From an uncultured Bordetella sp. (GTDB lineage: Bacteria; Pseudomonadota; Gammaproteobacteria; Burkholderiales; SG8-41), in contig CAZAOZ010000002.1 of the NCBI GenBank assembly GCA_964486865.1, positions 98,352-162,351 on the forward strand: a stretch of 64,000 nt of DNA. Reading direction: 5' to 3'. The notes below the pieces were generated by a model. It was not told the DNA's origin, ran no database searches, and saw nothing but the letters and a program-made list of their open reading frames with translations. Made by a program: the position numbers and the translations under genes. This document shows positions 40,500 through 48,999 of this stretch, piece by piece. The first letter of the stretch is position 1. Every line of letters begins with the position of its first letter.

Positions 40500-41393
40500 T
40501 CAGGTGCCCAGCAGCATGCGCTGCGCTTCGCGGTATTTGGCGGCGGTTTTTGCCAGCACCTCGGCGGGCAGCCGCGGCGCCGGCGGTTTTTTGTTCCACG
40601 GCTGGGTTTCCAGCCAGTCGCGCACAAACTGCTTGTCAAAACTCGGCGGGCTGATGCCAGTGCGGTATTCGGCGGCGGGCCAGAAACGCGATGAATCGGG
40701 GGTCAGCGCCTCGTCGATCAGCACGATGTTGCCCGCGCCATCCTCGCCGAATTCAAACTTGGTGTCGGCGATGATGATGCCACGCGTGGCGGCAAAAGCC
40801 GCTGCTTCCTGATAAAGCCGGATGGATATGTCGCGCACCTTGGCGGCATGCGCGGCGCCGACGGTGGCCACCACATCGTCATAGGTAATGTTCTCGTCGT
40901 GCTGTCCCGCGGGCGCTTTGGAAGCCGGCGTAAAAATCGGCTCGGCAAGTTTCTCCGCCTGTTTCATGCCGGCGGGCAGTTTAATGCCGCAAATCGCGCC
41001 GGTGTTCCGGTAATCGTTCCAGCCCGAGCCGATGAGATAACCGCGCACCACGGCCTCGACCATCAGCGGTTTGTATTTATGGACCACCATCGCGCGGCCC
41101 TCAATCTGCGCACGTTCCTCCGGCGCCACCACCGTTGCGGGATCGATCCCGGTCAGATGATTCGGTACGATGTGCTTCAGCTTGTCGAACCAGAACTGCG
41201 ACAACTCGGTCAGCACGCGGCCCTTGCCGGGAATCGGATCATCGAGAATCACGTCGAAGGCGGACAGCCGGTCGCTTTGCACCACCAGCAGCTTGTCGTC
41301 GCCGACGGCGTAGAGGTCGCGCACCTTGCCGCGGTGCAGGAAGGGCAGGCTTTTGAGGCTGGATTGGTACAGCGGCGTGTCGGCGTTGCTCAT
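40500..41393 (-). CDS. purC: Phosphoribosylaminoimidazole-succinocarboxamide synthase
   Basis: [29 protein letters not shown]...IADTKFEFG...[14 protein letters not shown]. Confidence 0.95.
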   Translation of the reverse strand: MSNADTPLYQSSLKSLPFLHRGKVRDLYAVGDDKLLVVQSDRLSAFDVILDDPIPGKGRVLTELSQFWFDKLKHIVPNHLTGIDPATVVAPEERAQIEGRAMVVHKYKPLMVEAVVRGYLIGSGWNDYRNTGAICGIKLPAGMKQAEKLAEPIFTPASKAPAGQHDENITYDDVVATVGAAHAAKVRDISIRLYQEAAAFAATRGIIIADTKFEFGEDGAGNIVLIDEALTPDSSRFWPAAEYRTGISPPSFDKQFVRDWLETQPWNKKPPAPRLPAEVLAKTAAKYREAQRMLLGT

Positions 41394-41409
41394 TGCGGAT
41401 CCGGTTTGT

Positions 41410-42546
41410 TCAGTCTTTCCAGTCGGGATACAGAGCGCCGCGCACGATCAGCGCCTTTTGCAGCGCGGCATCGGGCGTTGCGCCGAGTACCGTGTAATGA
41501 CCCATTTTGCGGCCGGTGCGCGCTTCGTGTTTGGCATAGAGATGCAGTTTGGCTTCCGGCACGTTGAACACCCGCTCCCACCGCGGCTGGCCATGCTGCC
41601 AGGCCTCGCCCAGCAGGTTGACCATCACCACCGGCGACAACAGGCGCGGGTCGCCCAGCGGCAAACCGCACAGCGTGCGCACCTGCTGCTCGAACTGCGA
41701 AGTCGCGCAGGCGTCGATGGTGTAGTGGCCGCTGTTGTGCGGGCGCGGCGCCATTTCATTGGCGAGCAGCGCGCCGGATTCGGTGACAAAGAACTCCACC
41801 GCGAGCACGCCGCAGTAGTCGAGTTTCGCCGCGACGGTCAACGCCCACTGTTCCGTGCGCTGCGCGAGTTCCGGCGCGACACGGGCGGGCGCGATGCTGA
41901 TATCCAGGATGCCGTTGCGGTGCCGGTTCTCCGCCACCGGAAACGCGCGCCCTGCGCCGTCGGCGCCGCGGGCAACCACCGCGGAAATCTCGCATCTGAG
42001 CGCGATGCGCTGTTCGAGCACGCAGGATTCGGCGCCCATGTCGATGAAAGCGCGGCGCGCTTCCGCGGCATCGGCAACACGTGCCTGGCCCTTGCCGTCG
42101 TAGCCGAAACGCGCGCGCTTGAGGATGCCGGGAAACAGTGTTGCGTCGGCCTGCGCAAGATCGGCTTCGCGTTCGATCACCGCATACGGCGCGACGTCCA
42201 GCCCGCAGGAACGGAAAAACGCTTTTTCGCGGATACGATCCTGCGCCACGGCCACCGCATCCCCCGCGGGCCGCACCGCGCAATGGCTGGCCAGCCAGCG
42301 CAGACTGTCGGCGGGCACGTTCTCGAATTCGGTGGTGACGGCAGCACAGGTGTCGGCGAGCTGCTGCAGCGCCTCGCGATCCTGGTACGCGGCCTTCAGA
42401 TGCACGTCGGCGATGGCGCCGGCGGGACTCAGCGGATCGGGATCGAGCACGGTGACGCGATAACCCATGCTGTGCGCGGCCAGCGTGAACATGCGGCCCA
42501 GTTGCCCGCCGCCCAGCATGCCGAGCATGGCGTCCGGAAAGATCAT
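41410..42546 (-). CDS. purK: N5-carboxyaminoimidazole ribonucleotide synthase
   Basis: [13 protein letters not shown] followed by an ATP-grasp body (GYDGKGQ...VLAVEFF...[12 protein letters not shown]). Confidence 0.9.
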   Translation of the reverse strand: MIFPDAMLGMLGGGQLGRMFTLAAHSMGYRVTVLDPDPLSPAGAIADVHLKAAYQDREALQQLADTCAAVTTEFENVPADSLRWLASHCAVRPAGDAVAVAQDRIREKAFFRSCGLDVAPYAVIEREADLAQADATLFPGILKRARFGYDGKGQARVADAAEARRAFIDMGAESCVLEQRIALRCEISAVVARGADGAGRAFPVAENRHRNGILDISIAPARVAPELAQRTEQWALTVAAKLDYCGVLAVEFFVTESGALLANEMAPRPHNSGHYTIDACATSQFEQQVRTLCGLPLGDPRLLSPVVMVNLLGEAWQHGQPRWERVFNVPEAKLHLYAKHEARTGRKMGHYTVLGATPDAALQKALIVRGALYPDWKD

Positions 42547-42564
42547 GATGAAAAAGCCAAATCA

Positions 42565-42695
42565 GCCACAGAGGCCACAGAGTTCACAGAGGGTTCGCCG
42601 GTGGTTTGACGGTATCTGCACTGAGTTACCGCCTGCCGATAATTCGAGAACAAAGCAGATCGGGTTTTCTCTGCGTCCTCTGCGCCCTCTGTGGC
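42565..42695. repeat. CACAGAG-nonamer palindromic element, copy 3 (between purE and purK)
   Basis: Left arm GCCACAGAG GCCACAGAG TTCACAGAG (42565-42591). Right arm CTCTGCGTC CTCTGCGCC CTCTGTGGC (42669-42695). It fills essentially the whole purE-purK spacer. Confidence 0.85.
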
Positions 42696-42713
42696 AAAAA
42701 AGGTTTTCGCTTT

Positions 42714-43211
42714 TCATTTTTTCTTTTGCGGCAATTTCATCGCGCGAACCTTCGCCGTCTGCTTTTTGCGGAAGACGGTGAGTTTTTTCGCGAGCTTCGC
42801 GTCTTCGCACGCCAGCATCGCCACGGCAAACAAGCCGGCGTTGGCCGCGCCCGCCTCGCCGACGGCAAAGGTCGCCACCGGTATGCCCTTGGGCATCTGC
42901 ACGATGGACAGCAATGAATCGAGGCCCCGCATGCTACTCGAGGTGACGGGCACGCCGAGCACCGGCACGATGGTCTTGGCAGCGAGCATGCCCGGCAGAT
43001 GCGCCGAGCCGCCGGCACCGGCGATGATGCATTTGAGGCCGCGCGCGGCTGCCTGTTCGGCGTAGCGGTAGAGCAGATCCGGGGTGCGGTGCGCGGACAC
43101 CACCTGCGCTTCGCAGGGCACACCGAACTGCCCGATCATATCGACGGCATGCTGCATCACGTTCCAGTCGCTCTGACTGCCCATGACGATGCCGATCAGC
43201 GGTTTTTTCAC
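42714..43211 (-). CDS. purE: N5-carboxyaminoimidazole ribonucleotide mutase
   Basis: [17 protein letters not shown]...SAHRTPD...[14 protein letters not shown]...PVLGVPV. Confidence 0.95.
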   Translation of the reverse strand: MKKPLIGIVMGSQSDWNVMQHAVDMIGQFGVPCEAQVVSAHRTPDLLYRYAEQAAARGLKCIIAGAGGSAHLPGMLAAKTIVPVLGVPVTSSSMRGLDSLLSIVQMPKGIPVATFAVGEAGAANAGLFAVAMLACEDAKLAKKLTVFRKKQTAKVRAMKLPQKKK

Positions 43212-43501
43212 TTTCCGTCCCTTGCTTTCGCGGCCGCCTTAAAACGATATTTTACAGTACGGACATGCAACCACGGGCGCATAAAAGGACTGCTAGAATC
43301 GCCCGGCCCGCCGAGAACGTCCGTCCGTTCCGCATCGGCCGGAGCGTCGACCTCTGCCGCGCCGGCCCCACCCGAGGAGAGCGTCCCGATGATCAAGCAC
43401 CCGCATTGCGCACGCGTCGTTGCGTTGCGCCGCCCGGTTTTGGTGTCAGCGCCGGGAACGGCGCACTGGCGCCGCATTGTTGTTTTTAAAGGAATAAATT
43501 A

Positions 43502-44278
43502 ATGACTCCTGCAGCAGGCATGCGGCCCGGCGATGAACTCGCCGGCAAGGTCGCGCTGGTCACCGGCGGCGCGCGCAATATCGGTCGCGCAATATCGCTG
43601 TCGCTGGCGGCCGGCGGCGCCACGGTGATGGTCAATGCGAATACCTCGCGCGCAGCCGGCGAGGAAACGGTGTCGATGATCATCAAAGCCGGCGGCAAGG
43701 CAGCGCTGCACATCGCCGATGTCACCGACCCGAAAGCAGTCGCGCAACTGGTGGCGGAAACTGTCAGACAGTTCGGGCGCATCGACATGGTGATCAACAA
43801 CGCCGCGATCCGCGCCGAAACGCCGTTTGAAAAAATTACGTTCGAAGAATGGAAACGTGTCATTGCCATTGGGCTTGATGGTACGTTTCTGGTCACGCAG
43901 GCCTGTTTGCCCCATCTCATCAAGTCCGGCAGCGGCGCCGTGGTCAACATCGGCGGACTGACCGGCCACAAAGGCGCGCTGCACCGCTCGCACGTCGTCG
44001 CCGCCAAAGGCGGGCTCGCGGCCATGACCAAGGCGGTAGCGCTCGATCTCGCGCAATACAACATTACCGTCAACTGCGTGGTGCCCGGCACCGTCGAAAC
44101 CATACGCGGGCTGCCCGGCGCCCCGCCGCGCCCCGATACCCGGCTGTCACTGCCGCCTGCGGGACGGCGCGGCGCGCCTGAAGAAATCGCGGCCATGGTG
44201 CGCGTGCTGTGTGGCCCCGACTCGCGCTACATCACCGGACAATCCATACACGTCAACGGCGGAGGACTGATGCCATGA
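43502..44278 (+). CDS. SDR family oxidoreductase (FabG-like)
   Basis: TGGARNIGRAI, NNAA, and an SDR catalytic region (a Y-x-x-x-K equivalent in HVVAAKGG). Typical ~258 aa length. Confidence 0.8.
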   Translation: MTPAAGMRPGDELAGKVALVTGGARNIGRAISLSLAAGGATVMVNANTSRAAGEETVSMIIKAGGKAALHIADVTDPKAVAQLVAETVRQFGRIDMVINNAAIRAETPFEKITFEEWKRVIAIGLDGTFLVTQACLPHLIKSGSGAVVNIGGLTGHKGALHRSHVVAAKGGLAAMTKAVALDLAQYNITVNCVVPGTVETIRGLPGAPPRPDTRLSLPPAGRRGAPEEIAAMVRVLCGPDSRYITGQSIHVNGGGLMP

Positions 44279-45678
44279 GCAAAGCCGCAAAACCGGCGGG
44301 ATCGGCCATATCGCCATTGATGCGCACGCTGGCCGCCTATATGGCCGCGGCGGCAAAAAAACCGCTGCCGAAAGCGGTGGCCGAAAAAACCAAACATCAC
44401 GTGCTCGACACGATGGCGGCCATGGTCTCCGGCTCGCGCCTGCTCCCCGGGCGCAAGGCGATCAATTATGTAAAAACGCTGGGCGGCAAACCCGAGGCCC
44501 TGGTCATCGGTTCAAAGATCGTCACCACCGCGGAACATGCGGCGCTGGCCAACGGCATGCTGGCGCACGCCGACGAAACCGACGACTCGCACGCGCCCTC
44601 GCTGTCGCATCCCGGCTGCGCCGTAGTGCCGGCGGCGCTGGCCATGGCCGAACGCGAAAAACTGGGCGGCACGCAACTGCTGCGCGCGGTGGCGCTGGGC
44701 TACGACATCGGCTCGCGGGTCAACATGGCGCTGCATCCGTACGACTTCCGCACCGTCGGACACTCCACCCACAGCTTCGGCCCGGGATTCGGCGCTGCCG
44801 CCGCCGCGTCCATGCTCGCCGGCCTCAACGCCGACGGCATGCGGCATGCGCTGTCGTACGCCGCGCAGCAATGTTCGGGCATCTCCTGCTGGATGCGCGA
44901 CGAGGAACACATCGAGAAGGCTTTCGATTTCGGCGGCATGCCGGCGCGCAACGGCATCGCTTCCGCGGCCATGGTGGCATCGGGCTTCAGCGCGGTGGAG
45001 GACGTGTTCTCCGGCGAACGCAATTTTTTCATCGCCTATGACGAGACGCGGCGCATCGGCAAGGCGCCGCAACCGGAACGGCTGATTCAGGATCTGGGCC
45101 GCGTGTACGAGATCATGAACACCAACATCAAGCGCTGGTCCGTGGGCTCGCCGATCCAGGCGCCGCTGGATGCGCTGCTGGAACTGATTCGCGCGCACCA
45201 GCTGAAAGCGGACACGGTCGATGCCGTCACCGTGCGCGTCGCCCACCAGGGTGCGAACACCACCGACAACCGCAACATGCCCGACATCTGCATGCAGCAC
45301 CTGTGCGCGGTGATGCTGATTGACGGCATTGTCACCTTCGAGTCCTCGCACGACGAGAAGCGGATGCAAAACAAAAAGGTACTCGACCTGCGCCGCCGCA
45401 TCACCTTGTCCGGTGACGACGCGCTGACCGCGGCCATGCCGTCGCGCCAGGGCATTATCGAGATCAAGCTGCGCGACGGCCGCCTGCTGCGCAACCACGT
45501 CAAGGCGGTGCGCGGCACTTCGGACAATCCGATGACCCGCGCCGAAGTGGACGAGAAGTGTTATCACCTGATGGCGCCCATTCTCGGCAAGGCGCGCGCG
45601 CGCAAGCTGTGCGATGCGGTGTGGGACATCGAGAAAATCAGCAATGTCACCAGGCTGCGTGCGTTGCTCAAAGCCTGA
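44275..45678 (+). CDS. MmgE/PrpD family protein (copy 1)
   Basis: Frame of ORF 44209..45678, starting at ATG 44275, which overlaps the SDR stop (ATGA). KHHVLDTMAAMVSGS...LANGMLAHADETDDSH...HPG is a PrpD-type N-domain. Confidence 0.8.
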   Translation: MSKAAKPAGSAISPLMRTLAAYMAAAAKKPLPKAVAEKTKHHVLDTMAAMVSGSRLLPGRKAINYVKTLGGKPEALVIGSKIVTTAEHAALANGMLAHADETDDSHAPSLSHPGCAVVPAALAMAEREKLGGTQLLRAVALGYDIGSRVNMALHPYDFRTVGHSTHSFGPGFGAAAAASMLAGLNADGMRHALSYAAQQCSGISCWMRDEEHIEKAFDFGGMPARNGIASAAMVASGFSAVEDVFSGERNFFIAYDETRRIGKAPQPERLIQDLGRVYEIMNTNIKRWSVGSPIQAPLDALLELIRAHQLKADTVDAVTVRVAHQGANTTDNRNMPDICMQHLCAVMLIDGIVTFESSHDEKRMQNKKVLDLRRRITLSGDDALTAAMPSRQGIIEIKLRDGRLLRNHVKAVRGTSDNPMTRAEVDEKCYHLMAPILGKARARKLCDAVWDIEKISNVTRLRALLKA

Positions 45679-45708
45679 TCGGCACCATCAATCACAGGGG
45701 TCATAGTC

Positions 45709-46611
45709 ATGTCGTGGAAATTCGAACTGCTGAAAAAACCCGTCGGCATCCCGATCACCGAAGGCCCGGTGTGGGACGGGGAATTCATTTATTTCACCCA
45801 CATCCACGCCAGCACCATCTTCCGCTACGACCTGAAGACCAACGCCATTACGCCGTGGCGCACCGGACTCGACCGCACCAACGGCCTCGCCTACGACGCA
45901 CAGGGCCGGCTGTTTGGTTGCTGCCAAGGCGGGCGGCGCATGATGCGCTTCGACCCGGACGGCAAAAATGTGGTGATCGCCGACAAGGTGGACGGCAAGC
46001 GGCTCAACACGCCGAACGATCTCGCCATCGACCGCAAGGGCCGCATCTGGTTCACCAATCCGTGGAACGAAGGCAACGTGGACAAGACTGAAACGCAGGA
46101 ACTCGACCATCGTTCGGTGTACCGGCTCGATCCGCAGCAGGACGGCAGCTACTCGATCACTCAGGTGCTGTCCGACACCACGCAGCCCAACGGCATACTC
46201 GTCTCGCAGGACCAGCGCACGCTGTACGTGGCTGAAAGCAGTTTCACCCGCGGCATCCCGCGCGAGTTACGCGCCTACCCGATCAGGGATGACGGCAGCC
46301 TCGGCCCGCACAACGTGCTGTTTACCTGGGGCGAGGATCCTCGCGGCGTGCATCGCGGCATTGACGGCATGTGCCTGGATGCCGACGGCAACATCGTCGC
46401 CACCGCCGGCTGGGAAGTCGCCGGCGCCGGGCCGATGATCTACGTGTTTTCGCCGACCGGGCGCGTGCTGGAAACGCATCCGGTGGCCGCCAACCGCCCC
46501 ACCAACTGCTGCTTCGGCGGCCCGGACATGACCACGCTGTTTGTCACCAGCACCGATGGTCATTTTTTCAAAGCGCAGACCGATCGCGTCGGCTGGGCGA
46601 TGTTCCCCTGA
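45709..46611 (+). CDS. SMP-30/gluconolactonase/LRE family protein
   Basis: TEGPVWDGEFIYFT...NGLAYDAQGRL...NTPNDLAIDRKGRIWFTNP...PNGILVSQD...DGMCLDADGNI are beta-propeller lactonase motifs. Confidence 0.8.
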   Translation: MSWKFELLKKPVGIPITEGPVWDGEFIYFTHIHASTIFRYDLKTNAITPWRTGLDRTNGLAYDAQGRLFGCCQGGRRMMRFDPDGKNVVIADKVDGKRLNTPNDLAIDRKGRIWFTNPWNEGNVDKTETQELDHRSVYRLDPQQDGSYSITQVLSDTTQPNGILVSQDQRTLYVAESSFTRGIPRELRAYPIRDDGSLGPHNVLFTWGEDPRGVHRGIDGMCLDADGNIVATAGWEVAGAGPMIYVFSPTGRVLETHPVAANRPTNCCFGGPDMTTLFVTSTDGHFFKAQTDRVGWAMFP

Positions 46612-46615
46612 TCGC

Positions 46616-47575
46616 ATGCGCCGCCTTTCGCTGCCGCTGCTGTTGTTGTGGCTGTTTGCCGGCGCTGCCGGTGCGCAGGTTTTTCCCGCGAAACCCGTCA
46701 CCATGGTGGTGCCGTTTTCCGCCGGCGGTTCGGCGGATCTCATTGCGCGCGCCCTCGCCGAACACATGGCCGCGGCGTGGAAACAGAACGTACTGGTGAG
46801 CAATCGCCCCGGCGCCAGCGGCAATATCGGCATCGAAACCGTGGCGCGCTCGACGCCTGACGGCTATACGCTGCTCTACGGAACCACCACCCTGTCCAGC
46901 GGCCCGTCGGTGTATGCCAAACTCGGTTACAACGTTTTGACTGATCTCGCGCCGGTCAGCCTTGTCGTCAAGCAGGCGAACGTGCTGGTCGCGCACCCTT
47001 CGCTGCCGGCAAGAACCGTGAAAGCGCTGATTGCGCTGGACAAGGCGCATCCGCACACGCTGAACTCGGCATCGGCCGGGGTCGGCAGTTCGAACCACCT
47101 GGCGCTGGTGCTGTTCAACATGCTGTCGGGCGCGAACATCGGCCATGTGCCATACAAAGGCGCGGCGCCGGCGGTGACTGAAACCATGGGCGGCCACGTA
47201 CATATGACGTTCGCGCCGGTCGCTGCGGCAGTGCCGCCGGTACAGGCCGGCAGGCTGCGCGCGCTGGGCATCAGCTCGCTCACCCGCTCGCCGGCGCTGC
47301 CGGATGTGCCGACCATCGACGCGGCCGGCGTGCCGGGCTATGAAGCCGGCGGCTGGAATGCCCTGCTGGTGTCGGCGGGAACACCGCGCGACATCATCAT
47401 GAAAATCAATCAGGCGATACACGCCGCGCTCAATTCCCCCGGCATCCAGCAACTGGCTGCCAAGTCCGGCGCGGAACCGGCGGCGGGCACGCCTGAAGAC
47501 TTCGGGGTATTCCTCAGGGCAGAAGTTGAAAAATGGGGCAAGGTGGTCAAAGCAGCGGGCATCAAACCGCAATAG
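46616..47575 (+). CDS. Bug-family tripartite tricarboxylate transporter substrate-binding protein (TctC), copy 1
   Basis: Frame of ORF 46541..47575, starting at ATG 46616. Signal peptide, then FPAKPVTMVVPFSAGGSADLIAR...NRPGASGNIG...PDGYTLL...HVPYKGAAPA. Confidence 0.85.
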   Translation: MRRLSLPLLLLWLFAGAAGAQVFPAKPVTMVVPFSAGGSADLIARALAEHMAAAWKQNVLVSNRPGASGNIGIETVARSTPDGYTLLYGTTTLSSGPSVYAKLGYNVLTDLAPVSLVVKQANVLVAHPSLPARTVKALIALDKAHPHTLNSASAGVGSSNHLALVLFNMLSGANIGHVPYKGAAPAVTETMGGHVHMTFAPVAAAVPPVQAGRLRALGISSLTRSPALPDVPTIDAAGVPGYEAGGWNALLVSAGTPRDIIMKINQAIHAALNSPGIQQLAAKSGAEPAAGTPEDFGVFLRAEVEKWGKVVKAAGIKPQ

Positions 47576-47708
47576 GCCAGGAATCTTCGCCGCAGCCGGA
47601 ATCGCAGAAAGCCCAATATGCGGATATCGTAAAAGGTACTGATACACCACGCAGCGTTGCGTAAATAGGCAGTAAAATGCAGGCTCTCCCAACCCATTGT
47701 TTCATATC

Positions 47709-48863
47709 ATGGATTTCCGTTTAAGCCCCGAGCAGGAACAGTTCCGCGACGCCGTGCGCGGCTTTGCCGAGCGCCATTTGCGCGACGGCGCGCTCGCCCG
47801 CGCGCATCAGGAAGAACATCCCTGGGATGTCGCCAGGCTGATGGCCGAACAGGGCCTGATGGGCATCACCATGAAAGAAGAAGACGGCGGCCAGGGCGGC
47901 TCGCTGATGGACGCCATCATCGCCATCGAGACCATCGCCTCCGTGTGCCCGCGCAGCGCCGACGTGATCCAGGCCGGAAATTTCGGCCCGGTGCGCGTGC
48001 TCGCCGAATACGGCACGCCGGATCAGAAGGCGCGCTACCTGACCAAAATCCTCAAGGGTGAATCGGTGATCACCGTCGGCATGACCGAACCCGAAGCCGG
48101 CTCCGCCGTCACCGACCTGAAGACCGCCGCCACACCCGACGGCGACGGTTATCGCATCAACGGCGTGAAAGTATTCCAGACTCACGCCTCTTACGCCGAA
48201 GTCATGCTGACCTATGTACGCTTCGGCCCCGGCGTCGGCGGCATCGGCTCGGTGCTGATTCCGCGCGACGCGCCGGGCTTCAAGCAGGGCGCGCCGTCGA
48301 AATTTCTCAACGGCGAGGACTGGGTGCAGACCTATCTCGACAACGTGTACGTCGGCCCCGAGAACGTGATGCTCAAGGAAGGCGGCTTCAAGAAGCAGAT
48401 CGCCGGCTTCAACGTCGAAAGAATCGGCAACACCGCGCGCTCGCTGGCCTTCGGCCGCTATGCCTACAACCTCGCCCGCGAGTGGGCGATGCAGCGCAAG
48501 CAGTTCGGCCGCCTGCTGTGCGAATTCCAGGGCATCCAGTGGAAGTTCGCCGACATGAAAATGAAACTCGACGCCGGCCAGTTGCTGCTCTACAAGGCGG
48601 CTGTTAACGCCGACAACGGCATCCCTTCGGCCGACGATACCGCGGTGGCCAAGGCGTTCTGCAACCAGGCCGGCTTCGACATCTGCAACGAGGCGATGCA
48701 GATCATGGGCGGCATGGGCTACACCGACGAGACGCTGGTGGAATACTGTTTCCGCAAATGCCGCGGCTGGATGATCGCCGGCGGCTCGATCGAAATCCTC
48801 AAGAACCGCATTGCCGAAGGCATTTTCGAGCGCAGCTTCTCGCAGCGACCGCCTAAAACCTGA
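47709..48863 (+). CDS. Acyl-CoA dehydrogenase
   Basis: MDFRLSPEQEQFRDAVRGFAE...GMTEPEAGSA...QIMGGMGYT...GGSIEILKNRIA. This is the first ATG; the ORF track starts at TTG 47697. Confidence 0.85.
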   Translation: MDFRLSPEQEQFRDAVRGFAERHLRDGALARAHQEEHPWDVARLMAEQGLMGITMKEEDGGQGGSLMDAIIAIETIASVCPRSADVIQAGNFGPVRVLAEYGTPDQKARYLTKILKGESVITVGMTEPEAGSAVTDLKTAATPDGDGYRINGVKVFQTHASYAEVMLTYVRFGPGVGGIGSVLIPRDAPGFKQGAPSKFLNGEDWVQTYLDNVYVGPENVMLKEGGFKKQIAGFNVERIGNTARSLAFGRYAYNLAREWAMQRKQFGRLLCEFQGIQWKFADMKMKLDAGQLLLYKAAVNADNGIPSADDTAVAKAFCNQAGFDICNEAMQIMGGMGYTDETLVEYCFRKCRGWMIAGGSIEILKNRIAEGIFERSFSQRPPKT

Positions 48864-48873
48864 AAACCTTTTA

Positions 48874-48976
48874 GCCACAGAGGTCACAGAGAGCACAGAG
48901 AACTTCAAAAACTGAAAATCAGGAACAGCGTTCGGGCTTTCCGGGTTTTCTCTGTGAACTCTGTGTCCTCTGTGGC
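48874..48976. repeat. CACAGAG-nonamer palindromic element, copy 4
   Basis: Left arm GCCACAGAG GTCACAGAG AGCACAGAG (48874-48900). Right arm CTCTGTGAA CTCTGTGTC CTCTGTGGC (48950-48976). It lies between the acyl-CoA dehydrogenase stop and the acyl-CoA synthetase start. Confidence 0.85.
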
Positions 48977-48999
48977 CAGCGCCTTTGACTTTGACTTTC

